NCBI RefSeq assembly: GCF_001194135.2
Contig: NC_068984.1
Span: 10,900,583 to 10,964,582 of the forward strand
Length of the DNA stretch: 64,000 nt
Direction of reading: 5' to 3'
Source: Octopus bimaculoides
Lineage: Eukaryota
Part shown: in pieces, positions 36,481-50,005 of the stretch
Position numbering within the stretch: position 1 is the first letter of the stretch
Layout of the letters: every line of letters begins with the position of its first letter
The notes under the pieces: generated by a model
Seen by the model: only the letters and a program-made list of their open reading frames with translations
Database searches by the model: none
Told to the model about the DNA's origin: nothing
Translations under genes and position numbers: made by a program

Positions 36481-37095
36481 AATTATTATTATTATCATTA
36501 TTATTATTATTATTATTATTGTTGTTTTTGTTATTATTACAAAAGCTTATTATTAAAAAAATTTAAATAAACATGCTACATTGAAGTTACTAAACCAAGT
36601 ATTTCCTTGACTCTTTTTTCTCTTTCTCTTTGTAAAGCAAACTCAATTCTCTTCAATGAAAAGCATTTTGTACTTATTGTGTGTGTTTGTTGAAAAGCAG
36701 AAATGCTGAGAAACCCACCAAAAATACTATGACTGGTGTTTTCTATTTATTATAATGGAGTATGTTTTAAAAGATCAACTGTGATTCTGGTTATCCGATT
36801 AAGATTCAACTCCTACTGTGCTAATGAACCTGTTTACTAAACCTGCTATTCTGCCATATTGAGCTTCTCTTTGCTCACTTGCACCCTGCAGTATCCTCTA
36901 TACTTTCGCTACCTCACTTCTACGTTGTCTGCAGTGTTTTCAGAAAATAGTAATGTAAAAATAGTTCATTTGTGATTTAGCTACATGAGGTTTCCAGGCT
37001 GTGGACAAGTTTTGCTCCCAACACGATACTAGATAAAAAGATATTTGTGTGCTTTAAGGTTCTGATAAAATAAGAAGAAAGGGAATTTAGAAGAA

Positions 37096-37151
<56 letters not shown>

Positions 37152-38044
37152 GTTGAAAAGGAATTTAAGGATGATAGACTTCATTATAAGAAAATCTAAA
37201 AGTCTTGGAGTTACTAGCATTGCTCTAAGAATTTCCTGTCAATTTTTTATTATTAGATTTTTAATTAAATTTTTATATTTTATCAGAACATTTTCTCTTA
37301 TGGAAATGAATTTGATTATTTAACCCAAACAGGATCAAATTTTCCTATAAAAATCACTAAAATTATTGAGTTTTAAAGCATGCTATCATTTACCAAACTA
37401 ATAAAGATTTTCTGTTCTATTACTTTCAATTTTCAAACTTTTATTGAAGATGTAAATGGAAATTAAATTTATTAAATATATCACACCATCTATTTATTGA
37501 TATCACCACCTCTTATCAGTCTTGCATGATATTTCGTACTTGTTATCTCAATCACATGGCAAGTCTATGAGGGCGACTTCATGTAGCTAATCAACCTGCT
37601 AGAAATAACAGCCAATTCTTTTTAAAATCATATTCTACCACTTTGATAAATGGAAGGACAGATTAGATAGCGTATTACTAATTACTATTTAAAAGCTTGA
37701 CCACAAGTTTATTCATAGTTGATTTTGGTCTAAACAACATCAGCCTACAATAAAAGAGTATTCATTAAAGCTTTTCCGTTTTATTTTGGTGGAATCCATT
37801 CTCTCATTTTCAAGAAGTGACAACTTTTCTGACTCTGCCAACAACAAAATTTGGCATTTATTTCCAACATTGCAAAATTGGTGAAGAATCATACAACACC
37901 ATTTTAGCATTTTATGTCTCTTTCCTTTCCAAGTAACCAGTGTTTACAATGGAACCATGTTATGTAAAGACCCTGTTCTCCTATGTCATAAACCAGTAAT
38001 ATCTTACTTACCATCCCCTGGACACTACTGTCTCAAGTCTTAAG

Positions 38045-38220
38045 GCTCATAGGGCCAGTTACCCCGTTTCCATGGCATTTAAGTAACCAAGATCACAATG
38101 TTTTCCCTGAATGGGGCTCCGGTACATCACAGGGTTACTCACTTACAGTGGAGTAGACTGAAGTAATGTGAAATGAAGTGTTTTTCTCAAGAACACGATG
38201 GACCCTAATCACTAGGCTTT
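38045..38220 (-). mobile_element. Family B-related SINE, degenerate
   Basis: 'gagtagactgaagtaatgtgaaatgaagtgtttttctcaagaacac', similar to 20393-20624. Confidence 0.6.
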
Positions 38221-40154
38221 TGATAAATTCACTGAGAGCAATGGTGTTGCACTTATCTGCAAAACCTTTTGTTTCTAAGTTGATGGCCTACAATAAGTTC
38301 GGTTTGTCTCTTGTGTCAGTCTCTTTCACCAGAACTCTGTCTCAAACTTGCATTATAGTAACTGTTGTATACTTTTGAGTTCTGCAAGTGCACACACTTC
38401 TGTATATGGAGGACCTTCCAATAACTCACTCCTAGGTTGATTAAATCATCCTCCAATTTTCTTCAGCCTTCTGGTTATCCACATGTAATCTGGTGAAACT
38501 TACACTTCTACAATGAACAAAAACTTTGAAAAAAACAATTCAATGGGACGTGATGATCTCCTCTTTTCAAAAACATCAAAACTCAAATCCTTCACATATC
38601 AAAGAAATAATATCACATCATTATCTTTACTTTTGACTGACATACAGCTAAAACCCTCAGATCTATTTACAAATGTTTGTTCTCACATCTCTATTGATCT
38701 CTCATAGCACTTATCCCAAAGACTAGGCTTCCTTTTTGTGGCCATAAAATATGTCAGCCCTGGTGTTGAAAATTATGGTGGTGGCCATCAAATACTTCAG
38801 CCCTGGTCAGTTAGAAGTACATTCTGCATGGATGCACTGTTTACATATGAAGTATAAAGCTGCTATTACATACAATGTAATAATATTGTCTTTGAGTATC
38901 TCTAAAATTTGGTATTTCTTTAAGGTTTCTCGTTAACATCCTACCTGAAATTCATTATAAAGGTGTGAGTTGTAAAAAGATATCTTCACCTTCATACTGT
39001 CAGACTGCATTATCATGTCTAGGCAAACTAGATTGGTGGAGCCCATCAACTTCCTAATAATACTCACATGAGGATCTGAACTAAGATTGCAAGCTAATGG
39101 AACTATTCTTGATTTCTACAATGCTACTGTTGCTTATAGCAGAATTGTTTCACATTGCAATATTTATTTACGACTAGGTGAACAGGGCCACACTGATGTT
39201 GCTGACTTTCAAAATGCTATACCCCCATACGTTTTTAGTCTCTGGAGATGATGAAGTTTACCTTTAGAGAGTTCAACTTTGACTACAAATATCTGCATAT
39301 TTTCTTTTCTTTCCCCAATGGTTTCTTGCCATATGACACAAATCTGTTACAAATGTTTTGTTTTCAAAATATATTAAGATATTGAGGAAACAAATTAATT
39401 TTATGGCCCTTTATTTTGTTTTAATAAGAAGTACTTATAGCTACATTGATTTTGTAGTTGTTTTCTTTCTTCAGGTTAGTAAGCTCTGAACTTTACAAAC
39501 AACAAACCTCTTCATTTTTAATCTTCCATTATCACCTTCAATTCCACCTGACTGTATCCACGGAACTAATAACCTTTTCTAATGTGTATCTGGTTACATT
39601 TTTAAGCCATCTGTTGTTATTCTGTAATCTTAAAGGGATTTGTAACTACTGTAACTACCCTAGCAGCAACTCAGGTTCAAATATATTTGTGTGTGTGTTT
39701 GTGTGTATTTTCACCTCATTTTGCGCTTTTTTTCTTTTAACTGTCAGTGGCAGGGAGTCCTGTTCATTTAAACATCACAGGAAAACTGCATGAAAGTCAA
39801 GCAATCCGTTTTCAATTATTCTTTCCTTTCTTTGGATGTGAGTAAGATTTTCAGAAACTGAAATCTAATGGTAGGCAGATGAGTTACTAGTATAAGAGTA
39901 TGTGGAAGATAAATCAACCTCTAAAATGCTTAATTTCAATCTGCTGCCATCACTAGGGAGATATGTATCACAGAACGTTTTAGTGTAGCTAGAATTATCT
40001 GTAATTTGGAAAATATTAACGGAATAAAGTGATATCCACAATCAGCAGCATCTGTCCAGAAATTTTTTATTGTATCTTTATCTGATATGATTGTCAAAAT
40101 CTACACGATAAAAATGATTACTCTTGCAAATTACTTTAAAAAAAAATGTACATA

Positions 40155-40214
<60 letters not shown>

Positions 40215-40894
40215 AAACAATAAAAAGAGATAAAATTATAAGAAACATTTTTTTTAATATTAAGATGAGGATTCTTGTCCTCTTCTCCTTGTTATCACTT
40301 TCATCTCCTGCCTTCTCATCATTATTATCATATCATCTTGCAGAAAAACTTTGCATTTATCTGCTGAGTAGATTTATTAAGGCTATACGCTGCCCTCTCT
40401 GGCCTCGTTAATGTAGTTTAAATTGTGTTCTGGGATGTTGGAACATTATGTAATATGCCCTGCTTAAAAGCAAGCATAAGGCAATATCTTTAAAAGTTTC
40501 GAACTCATGATCTACAGCACTGTAGTTTCACATTCAACCACTAGCTACAACATAGAGTGCTTTATCTTCAATGTGCCAATAAAGTTGCCTTTTTAGGATA
40601 TGTTGGCTGACTTGCTAGAAGTAGCAGCTAAATTCTTACAAATCATATATTCTTCTGTCTTAAAAATAAACTCATTGATGAAAATAATCCAATGCCTGAA
40701 AATAAACAGGATGATCACAGCTGGATTGTCTTTGATCATAATTTTGCTCAATCAGCACTGACCTAGGGCTACAGTTTACTCTCTTAGTTCTTAGTAAAAA
40801 CCAATTTTTCTCAATAGTATTTTTATTTGTTTTTTTTTTCTTTCTGTTCTTCTGTGACTAGAAATTTTAAGAAAATAAAATTAAATTTGTATAT

Positions 40895-41250
40895 ATGTGG
40901 CTATGCTTCCCAACCACATGGTCCCAAGATCAGACCCACTGCATGACACCTTAGGCAAGTGTCTTCTCCTACAGCTTCAGGCCAACCAAAGCCTTGTGAA
41001 TGGAATTGGTAGACGGAAACTGAAAGAAGCCTGTCATATGTATGTGTCTTTGTGTTTGTACCCAACTACCACTTGAAAACTGGTGTTGATGTATTCATGT
41101 CCCCCGCAACAAAAGACACCGATAGAATAAGTACCAGGCTTAAAAAACAGAAATAAGTTGTGGAGTTGGTTTGTTTGACTAAAATTCTTCAAAGCAATGC
41201 TCCAGCTTGGCTACAGTCTGATGATTGGAACAAATAAAAGATAAAAGACA
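40895..41250 (+). mobile_element. Family A SINE
   Basis: Head and tail of family A. Confidence 0.82.
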
Positions 41251-42669
41251 TGCATTTTCTTCCTCGGTTTATGATTTGATATTCAAACTTTTAATAGCAT
41301 TGGGATTTATCTAGAAGTGATTATCTCCCTTGCAATCACTGGCCTCCAGGGCACACCACGTGTCTATTATTGTTTTAAAGAAAAACAATTGTTCCACCTA
41401 CAGGTAACTATTTATAACAATATAACATATTTTACGGGATTTGAGAGACAATTTGGCAGTATGTGTAAATGTTATTTCTTTCATGGAGCATATCAACAGC
41501 AGTTTTCTTCTCGCATCACATCGGTTCCTTTCACAGTTCTGGGCCAATAATGAACCAATAAAAGAGCAGAATATCTCCTTCAAAAATCTGCAGAGGTTCT
41601 GCTGTAAGTAAAAAAAAAGAAAAAGAAAGAAAGAAAGATAGAAACCAGGATGTAGTTTGATGAAGAATATAGGGTTTGAGCAAGATCTGTCGGTGTTAAG
41701 AGAGGGATGTCATCTTGGTGCCAGTAATCTAATTTTCTATTTTCAGATCTATGATTCTAGTACTTAGGAATTCTTGTTATTATAACCTCTTGTAATTACA
41801 TGTATGTTATTGTTGCTGCTGTACTTATTGCTGGATATTTTTTTGGTTGTATTGTTGTTTATATATTTGCATTGTTGTTTATATTTTTTGTTGTTTCTAT
41901 GAATCAGTTCCTCTAATATATTGCAACACAGCCTCCTCATCATCCTCCTGGCTTTACAAAACTAGCTATTTTATTATTATCATTATTATTATTATTACAT
42001 TACATATCTTATTTTCATAATGAGATCCATTTAAGTGTTATCGTGAAATTCAACAGGTGCTTTTGATTTTATGAATACCAAAGAAGAAAGAATGAGATCC
42101 ATAAACCAGGAAGGGTAGAATTGGCGTAGATTATATTTAGATTAGATTGTGGGTGGGTGGGTGGTGAGAAGTTGTGAACTGTAATGGAATTCCAAAATAG
42201 ATGTAGTTGTAAGGATGGGTGGCGGTGGTGGTGAAACCCTATTAGTGTGAAGTGAATGAAACAGAAAAACTTGATTGATTACAGATTCTTGTAGAATGTT
42301 TCTTAGAATCTGAATCAGAAATGGTTCTATTAACACATGGTAGCAACAGCATCATAGAAGAGTCATTGCTTCTATTTTACCTTTTTATTGTTATTAGTCA
42401 ATTAGTTTAACCATTTAACTAATCAACTGTTTGATTAATTCTTCTGTCAGTCAATTAATCAACTTGGTTTGTCAGAGTTCCTTTGTCACCATTCACAACC
42501 TCATCAATGATATGCCCTTTTTCTCCAGGTCTTATGGACACTCAGTACTATTTAGTAGAATACATTTAACTTCTACAAAGTAAAGGTTGACAGTCTGATG
42601 ACTGTCACTACAAACTTTTTCCTTGTTAGAGAGAGAGAGAAAGTGTGTGTGTGTGTGTGTGTGTCACAG

Positions 42670-43010
42670 TATCAACTAGACCATCAGATGGTGTTACGCA
42701 CTGCTGGTCACAATGCACTTTCTGTTCTGTCTTGATTGTGCCAACCTTTTCCATCTTGACCCAAATTGCTTAACTAGATCATCTTTCCATCATCATGGGG
42801 CCCTTCCAGGTGGTCTTTTCTAATCTTTTGGATACCATTTGGCAACTTCAAAAGTCCACCTGTTATCTGTGAATTTTGTAACATGTCCAATCCAGTGGAA
42901 CTTGTGCTTTCAGTACTCTTTGGTCACATCATTCACTCTGCTCTATTCTTGAATTATCTCATTCCGAATATGCTCTCATAATGATATTCCTAGCAGAGAC
43001 CCTTATATGT
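42670..43010 (-). pseudogene. Decayed RTE-LINE C-terminal fragment (a different subfamily from 1299)
   Basis: Minus frame LLGISL*EHIRNEII...KFHWIGHVTKFTDNRWTFEVAKWYPKD*KRPPGRAP**WKDDL, compare WAGHVxRxxDNRWT...KRPxGRPxxRW. Confidence 0.8.
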
Positions 43011-43334
43011 AGATAGAGCAGCACCACCATCTGATATGTGGGAGCAATACTACATTAGGACTCGGCCAATGAGGGCTGAAGTATTCTCTGGCTCTGAGGA
43101 GCAACACAGCTTTTGTGGTGGCGGGGGAGTTGTTTTTTTGGTAAGATTGTCAAGAAGAATATTTTGTGACTGTCAGGTTTAGAAATTGTAGTGACATTCA
43201 GTTGGTGAGTTGGTGATGTTTCATCATTTATAACATCTAAAAAGATCACCAGACAATTACTAAACGTATTTTATATATTAATGAATGCTATATTATTATT
43301 ATTATTTTTGTTCATCTGTCTTTACATTCTGTTC

Positions 43335-44056
43335 ATCTATCTTTATGTTCTGAGTTCCAATTCCACCGAGGTCAACTTTGCCTTTCATCCTTTCGAGGTC
43401 GATTAATTAAGTACCGGTTGTGTACTGGTGCCTATCTAATCAACTGGCCCCCTTCCCAAAAATTTCGGGCCTTGTGCCTAGAGTAGAAAAGATTATTATT
43501 ATTTTTGTTTCACATTTCTATGTAAGTTCTTACTATTCTTTGTTCTTGCATTGTCCAAAATGTTTTTGCTGCCTTTGAGGCCAATGAAGACCTATTGTTA
43601 TTATTATTATTATTATTATCATTATTATTATTAAGGCGATGAGCTGGCAGAATCGTTAGCACACTGGACAAAATGCTTAGCAGTATTTCGCCCGTCTCTA
43701 CATTCTAAGTTCAAATCTGCCTTTCGTTCTTTCTGGGTCGATAAATTAAGTACCAGTGAAACACTGGGGTCGATGTAATCGACTATCCCCCCACCCCCAA
43801 ATTTCAGGCCTTGTGCTCAGAATAGAAAGGATTATTATTATGGTGACAAGTTGGCAGATTCATTAGCATGTTGGACAAAATACCTGCAGACATTCCTTCT
43901 GGCTTTACTTTCTAAGTTCAAATTCTGCTAAGATTGACTGTGTTTTTGCCTTTCATCTTCCCAGTGAAATAAGTACCAGTTGAGCACTAGGGTAGATATA
44001 ATCAGCTAACCCTTTCCTTCATAATTGCTGGCCTTGTGCCAAAATTAGAAAGAATT
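43335..44056 (+). mobile_element. Cluster of three family C SINEs (about 43335-43495, 43633-43830, 43840-44056) separated by (ATT)n
   Basis: Repeated C central domain and 'ggccttgtgc...agaaag' tail. Confidence 0.85.
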
Positions 44057-45156
44057 ATTATTGTTTCATCCAGCAAGAAATAGTATAAGAATATATTAGT
44101 TTTTACCAATGCTTTGTAGCCAATTTATTTAATTCTTCCAATAATTGTATAGTTTATTGGTATTGTTGTTGTTGCAGTTTGCATCTTCAACAGAGTCTTT
44201 GTCAAATAATCATTATGTTAATGATTAAACATTTATTTTCTAATTTCCGAGAATTTTAATAGGATGCAACACAAGAATTGATACATCTTTTTATTTGCTA
44301 TTTAAACGGGGGGTTTTTTGTGTGTGTGTTTCATTTTGTTTTTCCATTGTAAACATTATCAGAAAACATGAACTGAGGTAAAAAACCCAGATGTAAGTTA
44401 TTTTTGTAAAATATTAATTATGTATTGAGATGCAGATCACAAATTTGATCGCAGATATTTTAAAATTCATAATTGCATAATGTATTATATTGATTTCTTG
44501 CAAAGACAACATTATGTTTAGGTTTTCTTTGATAGGGAAGGGAAATGGTATCACGTTTGTGTTTTCCATAAGTGTATTGATTTTAAACACTGGCACAAGG
44601 CTGCTCTAATTATTAGGAAAGGGGTTTTGTTTATTAAATCATCTCGGTACTTGACTGGTACTTTATACTTCAATTCCTGGAAGGATGGAAGACAAAATCA
44701 CCTTAGTAACAGAAATGAAGTAAAATGGCTTTTTAATTATAATATTGGTTTCATGTATTTTTAATATGAACTGGGGTGTAGGAGGACTTGGAAATGTCAT
44801 GAATATTGACCTCTCATTAAAACCAAAAAAAGCAGCCCTTAGGAGAATTTCTATGGACAGGATGTCTATCCATCACAATGTTAACTCCCAGCTATTACTG
44901 GTACTCATTTTAAGCTGATTGGACTGGAACATTGTAAAATGAATTGTCTTGTCTAAGAATTGAAACCATGACCAGCAGGTATATTGGATATGGGTACTTC
45001 CCTGACATAAACTGGAGTTGTTTTCAGCTAAAACCACATGAAGCAGTGTTGAATAAAATATATTTGTGTAAAGTTATATTTAACATACATTATGTGGGAA
45101 GACCTTTCCCCAAAGAGTCATGAGAGAAAATTCTCCACTTAGACAATATATATGTG

Positions 45157-45489
45157 ACTTTTGGTTATCTCACCCCCATTAAAAAATTTCCATTAAAAAA
45201 TTGGGTTATCTCCCCACTAAAAAGCTGAGTTTATATGCTAACAAGAGATTAGATTAAAAGGGTTAGATCCTTTTGATTCAGTATTTCAACACATTGTTAA
45301 CTATTGGCCTCCACAATACGCATGGTATGGTTTGTTATAAAAATGTTATCATATTCAATAAGATGTTTAATTTTTTCAGTTTCCATGTTTATGTTTTTTT
45401 TTGTTTTTGTTTTATTGAGGGTTAAACAATTTTTTTTATATGGGGGAGATAACCCAATTTTTTTAATGGGGGTGAGATAACCAAAAAGT
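45157..45489. mobile_element. MITE with about 50-bp TIRs
   Basis: acttttggttatctcacccccattaaaaaa...ttgggttatctcccc / ggggagataacccaattttttt...aatgggggtgagataaccaaaaagt. Confidence 0.8.
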
Positions 45490-45769
45490 ACCTACCCACA
45501 CTGAATTGTGAACGAAGTCATTAGAGTATTGAACCCATGTATTTCTGTGTTGTTACGTATCATCAGCTATAATTACCAACTCTGCCTCTCACAGCTTAAA
45601 AAAATATAACGTCCTCATACTAGCAAATAGTACATATACTAAGGGGATAATATTCATAACATTTGTAAGTTTTTCCCATCCCAGCTATGGTACCTATTTA
45701 AAATATATGAAAAAAATTATAATTAGCAAGTCATTTTACTTAATTTCTGTTACTAAGAAAGTGGGCTTG

Positions 45770-46010
45770 TGGGTGCTGGTGTCATGTAAAAAGCACTTGT
45801 ACCAGTGCCGCATAAACACACCCATGCTGATGCTGCATAAAAGCATCTAGTACACTCTGTAAAGTGGTTGGCGTTAGGAAGGGCATCAAGCTGTAGAAAC
45901 CATGCCAAAGCAAACCTTGGAGCCTGGGGAGTTCTTCAGCTGGCCAGCTCCTGTCAAACTGTTCAACCCATGCCAGCATGGAAAACAAGCTTTAAATGAA
46001 GATGATGATT
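45770..46010 (+). mobile_element. RTE-LINE 3' UTR copy
   Basis: 'gtggttggcgttaggaagggcatc...caacccatgccagcatggaaaac' followed by a (GAT) tail. Confidence 0.75.
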
Positions 46011-46802
46011 CTTGTTGGGGTTGAAAAAATAAGTAGCAATCAGTTATTGGGTTGATTTTAATGAACTATAGGCCACATTTATGTTGGTACTATTAGCCAC
46101 AGGTATGTTGGTACTATATATTGACTCTGTCTTATCAAATAAGACAGAGACAGTCCAAGCAGAGTTTGAATGTGACAGAGTGAGACATGGAAACATGATA
46201 AACCATCTAATTCACTCACTGCCTCACTGTCTCAAACCAACTCTAAACAGTCTTCTCTGATGTTTTTCTTCATGTCGGAAGGTTGGTGATGATCATGGTG
46301 ATAAGTAGGAAATGTAAACAAACCTATCAACATTTGATGGGATGAAAACAAACTTGTTTATCTGCATGACATTTCTCTTGAGTGACTGATGAAATGATCC
46401 GTTTCAGTGACCAGGGTCAACGTTCACTTGGAGTTGAGGCATTTTGCTTGAGTGGAATTAGACTAGATTCAACAAGAGGTGTTGAAAAGGGGTGTTTAGT
46501 AGAAAGAAATAAAAGACCTACTGTATCAAATTCGTTGAAACGATGTAGAATCTCTCTTTTAGATGTGATTTTTGTCTTATGTAGTTTATGCTCTGATATC
46601 TCTCTCTCTGTTTTCTGTTTTCTTTAGGACAGAAATTTATTATGAATAGCCATTTACATGACTGAGGTAAAAATAGATTCAAGTGTGAGTGTGTCTGTGT
46701 GTAAGCACTTTGTGTGTGTGTGTATGTATGTATGTATGTATGTATGTATATATATATAGAGAGAGAGAGAGAGAGATATAGATATAGATATATGTGTGTG
46801 TG

Positions 46803-47140
46803 CAGGTATGGTTGTGTGGTAAGAAGCTTACTTCCCAACCACATGGTTCTGGGTTCAGTCCCATTGCATGGTACCTTTGGCTAGTATCTTCTACTACAGC
46901 CTTGAGCAGAAACTGAAAGAAACTCATTGCATATATGAGTGTGTGTGTCTGTGTTTGTTTTCCCATCATCACTTGACAACCAATGTTGGTGTGTTCACAT
47001 CCCTGAAACTTAGTGGTTGGGCAAAAGAGACGGATAGAATAAGCACTAGGCTTACAAAGAATAAGTCCTGGAGTCAAATTGTTCGACTAAAGGTAGTGCT
47101 CCAGCATGGCCATAATCAAATGACTGAAGCAAATAACAAA
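46803..47140 (+). mobile_element. Family A SINE with an internal deletion
   Basis: Head and tail present; the 'ggccgaccaaagccttgtgagtggatttgg' segment is missing. Confidence 0.82.
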
Positions 47141-47153
47141 GAATATATGTACA

Positions 47154-47219
<66 letters not shown>

Positions 47220-47744
47220 TATACATATATATATGTGTGTATAAATGTGTTTGTGTGTGTGTAGTCATGTTTAAAAAGAAGCACTTTTGGAATAAAAGCC
47301 CAGATGTTCATTGATCTTGATTATTTTGACAGATTCGCAAAGTACATGCGATTATTTCACTAATAGCTTTTACTACCACAAAAAAAAAATTACAGAATGA
47401 AGGAGTGTATCTTGCTGTGTACACTCTTTCGCCAATTTCTGGTGTGTGAAAAAAAAACAATATTTCACAAAATAAAAAAAATATTTGCTTCCTAAATGTA
47501 ACTATTGTAGCATTTGGTTAGTGACTCACTATTACAAGACATGTCTAGTGATGTGACAAAATGTTCTGTTTCCTGTTTCACCTAAAATTCATTCAATATT
47601 TATCAATTATGTTAAATTCTTTATAGTTTATTTTAATTTAGTGTCTTGTTATTGAAACTAATTGGAGCTAATTTCCTAATTAATATCATGTTGTATCCAA
47701 ACCAAAGTTAATTTCAGACACATGGTATTCTACATCTTTTATCT

Positions 47745-48075
47745 TTTACTTGTTTCAGTCTTTGGATTGTGGCCATGCTGGGGCACTGCCTTTAATAAAT
47801 GAACCCCAGTAATTATTTTTAAGCCTGCTACTTCTATTTCACCAAACTGCTAAGATACAGGAATGTAAACAAACCAACATCAGTTGTCAAGCAGCGGTGG
47901 GGCACAAAGACACACAAATGCACACACACACACACACACACAACAGTCTTTTGCAGTTTCCATTTACCAAATCCAGAGCTCTAGTGAAGACACTTGCCCA
48001 TCGTGCCATACAGTGGAGTTGAACTTGAAATCATGGGGTTGCAAAGCAAGCTTCTTAACCACACAGCCATGCCTA
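47745..48075 (-). mobile_element. Family A SINE, degenerate
   Basis: Reverse complement of the head and tail. Confidence 0.7.
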
Positions 48076-49592
48076 TTCCTAAAAGCGGTTTTTCTTTTTA
48101 ATAACCACATCTTTATTTGTTGAATTATTTAAAGACTTGCATATTCAAATATCCTCTTTTTTTTTTTTTTTTTCTTAAGCATGGATTTCTAAAACTTAAA
48201 ATTGTTTCTATAAACAGCCAAGTTATATTTTCTCGTAGAATCTTTCCAGTGATATTCCATATTTCTGTGGCTGTGTTGATATCATATTACCAAGATTTAT
48301 TAGCATGACATTTTTTTCTTTTTCTGTTTTTAGGTACATGATAATAATTATTGATTAATAAGATATTTCACATTGCACAAGATTAATAACCATATTGTTT
48401 ATTTGACGAGTGTTTATTTAAATACTTTTTTTTTGTTGACTTTTTATTGTTGATGTAGGATTTTAAATTAACTTGATCTCTAAACAGACAATGTTAATGG
48501 ACAATAATTTGATTCAAAATACAAATAAATAAATAAACAGATGGAACTTAAAATTGTCCAAAAAAGAAATAAAGATTATTTCATTTAATTTTCTTTTTTT
48601 TTTTTTATTTTTCGTAATAGCAAAAGTGATTATTTAATAAAAGATTTAATTAAAGTTTTAAATTTAACAAAAATGTTATTTGAATCAAAATAACAACAGG
48701 AAATATATTTATAATATTTCATCATGTCTGGACAAATAATCTCCACAAAATCTCTAAGGAATGGTTCAAATTTGAAACTTGCCAGAAATGATAAATGTTC
48801 ACACCGGGCAGAATGCTTCGCTGCATTTCCTCCATCTTTATGATCAGAGTTCAAATTCCTCTGAAGTTGACTTGGCTTTTCACCCTTTCAGGGTCAATAA
48901 AACAAGTACCAGTTGATCACTGGGGCTGATGTAATTGACTTACCTCCTCTCCAAAAAGTACTGGCCATGTACCAAAAATTTGAAATCATCATTATTATTA
49001 TTATAATTATAATTATTCATAGAAAATGTGTAAATGAAAATAAAGTTTATTTCGTAGCTGAAAGATTACTGAATCTTTTGATACCTCATATGTTAAAATT
49101 AGCAACTCAGTTTTCGAATGCATAAGGAACACACACACACACACACANNNNNNNNNNNNNNNNNNNNNNNNNNNNNNNNNNNNNNNNNNNNNNNNNNNNN
49201 NNNNNNNNNNNNNNNNNNNNNNNNNNNNNNNNNNNNNNNNNNNNNNNNNNNNNNNNNNNNNNNNNNNNNNNNNNNNNNNNNNNNNNNNNNNNNNNNNNNN
49301 NNNNNNNNNNNNNNNNNNNNNNNNNNNNNNNNNNNNNNNNNNNNNNNNNNNNNNNNNNNNNNNNNNNNNNNNNNNNNNNNNNNNNNNNNNNNNNNNNNNN
49401 NNNNNNNNNNNNNNNNNNNNNNNNNNNNNNNNNNNNNNNNNNNNNNNNNNNNNNNNNNNNNNNNNNNNNNNNNNNNNNNNNNNNNNNNNNNNNNNNNNNN
49501 NNNNNNNNNNNNNNNNCTCTCTCTCTCTCTCTCTTTTATATATATAGATTAATACGTTTAGTGAAAATTATTAATGAAATGAAAGTTTAGTT

Positions 49593-50005
49593 GCAGGCAT
49601 GGCTGTGTGCCTGAATCTATAGAAGTTCACTTTGCCACCAAATGATTTTGGGTTCAGTCCCACTGTGTGGCACCTTGGGAAAGTGTCTTCTATTATAGCC
49701 CCAGGCCAACCAATGCCTTTGAGTAAACTTAGTTGATGGAAACTGTGGGGGAGATTATTGTGTGTGTTTGTGTTTATATATGTGTATGTGTGTCTTTGTG
49801 TTGTGTTTGTTCCCTACCTCCATCACTTGACAACCACTGTTGGTTTGTTTATGTCCCCATAACTCAGCAATTTGACAAAAAGAGCGGTACAGTAAGTACC
49901 AGGCTTTAAAATAAGAACTGGGGTCAGTCTGTTTGACTAAACCTTTCAAGGAAGTACCCCAGCATGGCCACAATCCAATGACTGACACAAGTAACAGATA
50001 CAAGA
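49593..50005 (+). mobile_element. Family A SINE
   Basis: Head, core and tail. Confidence 0.8.

Noticed and set aside
39925-39960. 'gctgccatcactaggga', resembling a CTCF motif
   Set aside because: It needs a 2-nt gap to fit the consensus; too weak to call.
46380-46410. Other CTGATGA matches (also about 2545, 8323, 10454, 42596)
   Set aside because: No stem II followed by GAAA and a UH triplet, so these are not hammerheads.
48305-48360. Textbook polypyrimidine acceptor 'tttttctgtttttag|gtacatga'
   Set aside because: In the phase needed after the WW exon it gives GGT ACA TGA (a stop after 2 codons), and there is no other support.
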